Part shown: positions 5,959 to 6,152 of the stretch, piece by piece
How the letters are laid out: each line of letters begins with the position of its first letter
Numbering within the stretch: position 1 is the first letter of the stretch
Virus record (IMG/VR): IMGVR_UViG_2671181134_000013
Reading direction: 5' to 3' (one strand)
DNA from: a virus
Lineage: Duplodnaviria; Heunggongvirae; Uroviricota; Caudoviricetes
Length of the DNA: 6,152 nucleotides
Translations under genes and position numbers: made by a program
Notes under the pieces: generated by a model
What the model saw: the letters and a program-made list of their open reading frames with translations, nothing else
Databases searched by the model: none
What the model was told of the DNA's origin: nothing

Positions 5959-6152
5959 ATGCACACTTCAGGGAAATTTAATAAATCACTCAAAAAACGC
6001 AGAGACAGAACAGAACCGAAATATCGCGCGTTAGACATGACAGAGCACGCTTTAAAGGTGGCAATCAGAACGATAGACCGCCACGCGGGGGAAGGATACG
6101 CGAAAGCACATCCCGAACTGATAAGCGCATTCATGACCACGACGGCGGCAAA
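5959..6152 (+). CDS. Hypothetical protein, 5' part only (runs off the window end)
   Basis: ATG 5959 with GAGGGGG at 5941-5947 (11-nt spacing, slightly long). Frame is open to the last base; translation starts MHTSGKFNKSLKKRRDRTEPKYRALDMTEHALKVAIRTIDRHAGEGYAKAHPELISAF. Absent from the supplied ORF track, presumably because it has no stop. Confidence 0.4.
   Translation, partial: MHTSGKFNKSLKKRRDRTEPKYRALDMTEHALKVAIRTIDRHAGEGYAKAHPELISAFMTTTAA

Noticed and set aside
5925-6140. 71-aa minus-strand ORF at the window end
   Set aside because: Antisense to the plus-strand partial ORF that has a Shine-Dalgarno; starts inside the iteron-flanking region; no motif.
1-6152. tRNA/tmRNA gene or attachment-site core expected next to a P4-type integrase
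   Set aside because: I could not identify tRNA-like structure or a duplicated core in the window. The window begins at the int start codon, so the att site is presumably upstream and out of view.

Overview
This window looks like the integrase-proximal arm of a P4-like / PICI-like phage satellite or integrative element, probably enterobacterial. All family calls are from reading the ORF translations; no database search was run. Layout: a full-length tyrosine integrase (1-1218, +), an AT-rich intergenic region with phased 10-bp repeats, an AlpA/Vis-family regulator (1583-1771, +), a minus-strand cassette with a small Arc/CopG-like ribbon-helix-helix protein (2380-2559), a divergent control region with three GTGGCTGACA direct repeats and a sigma70-like promoter, then a tightly packed plus-strand operon of five small ORFs ending in a primase-helicase (3916-5670). 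Directly downstream is an iteron array of 11 octamer copies in both orientations, probably the origin of replication. I do not recognise a classical defence system (no nuclease, TIR, reverse transcriptase, CRISPR or similar). If anything undescribed is here, the best candidates are the five unassigned small ORFs with a G9 tract at one junction and the RHH-plus-operator control module.
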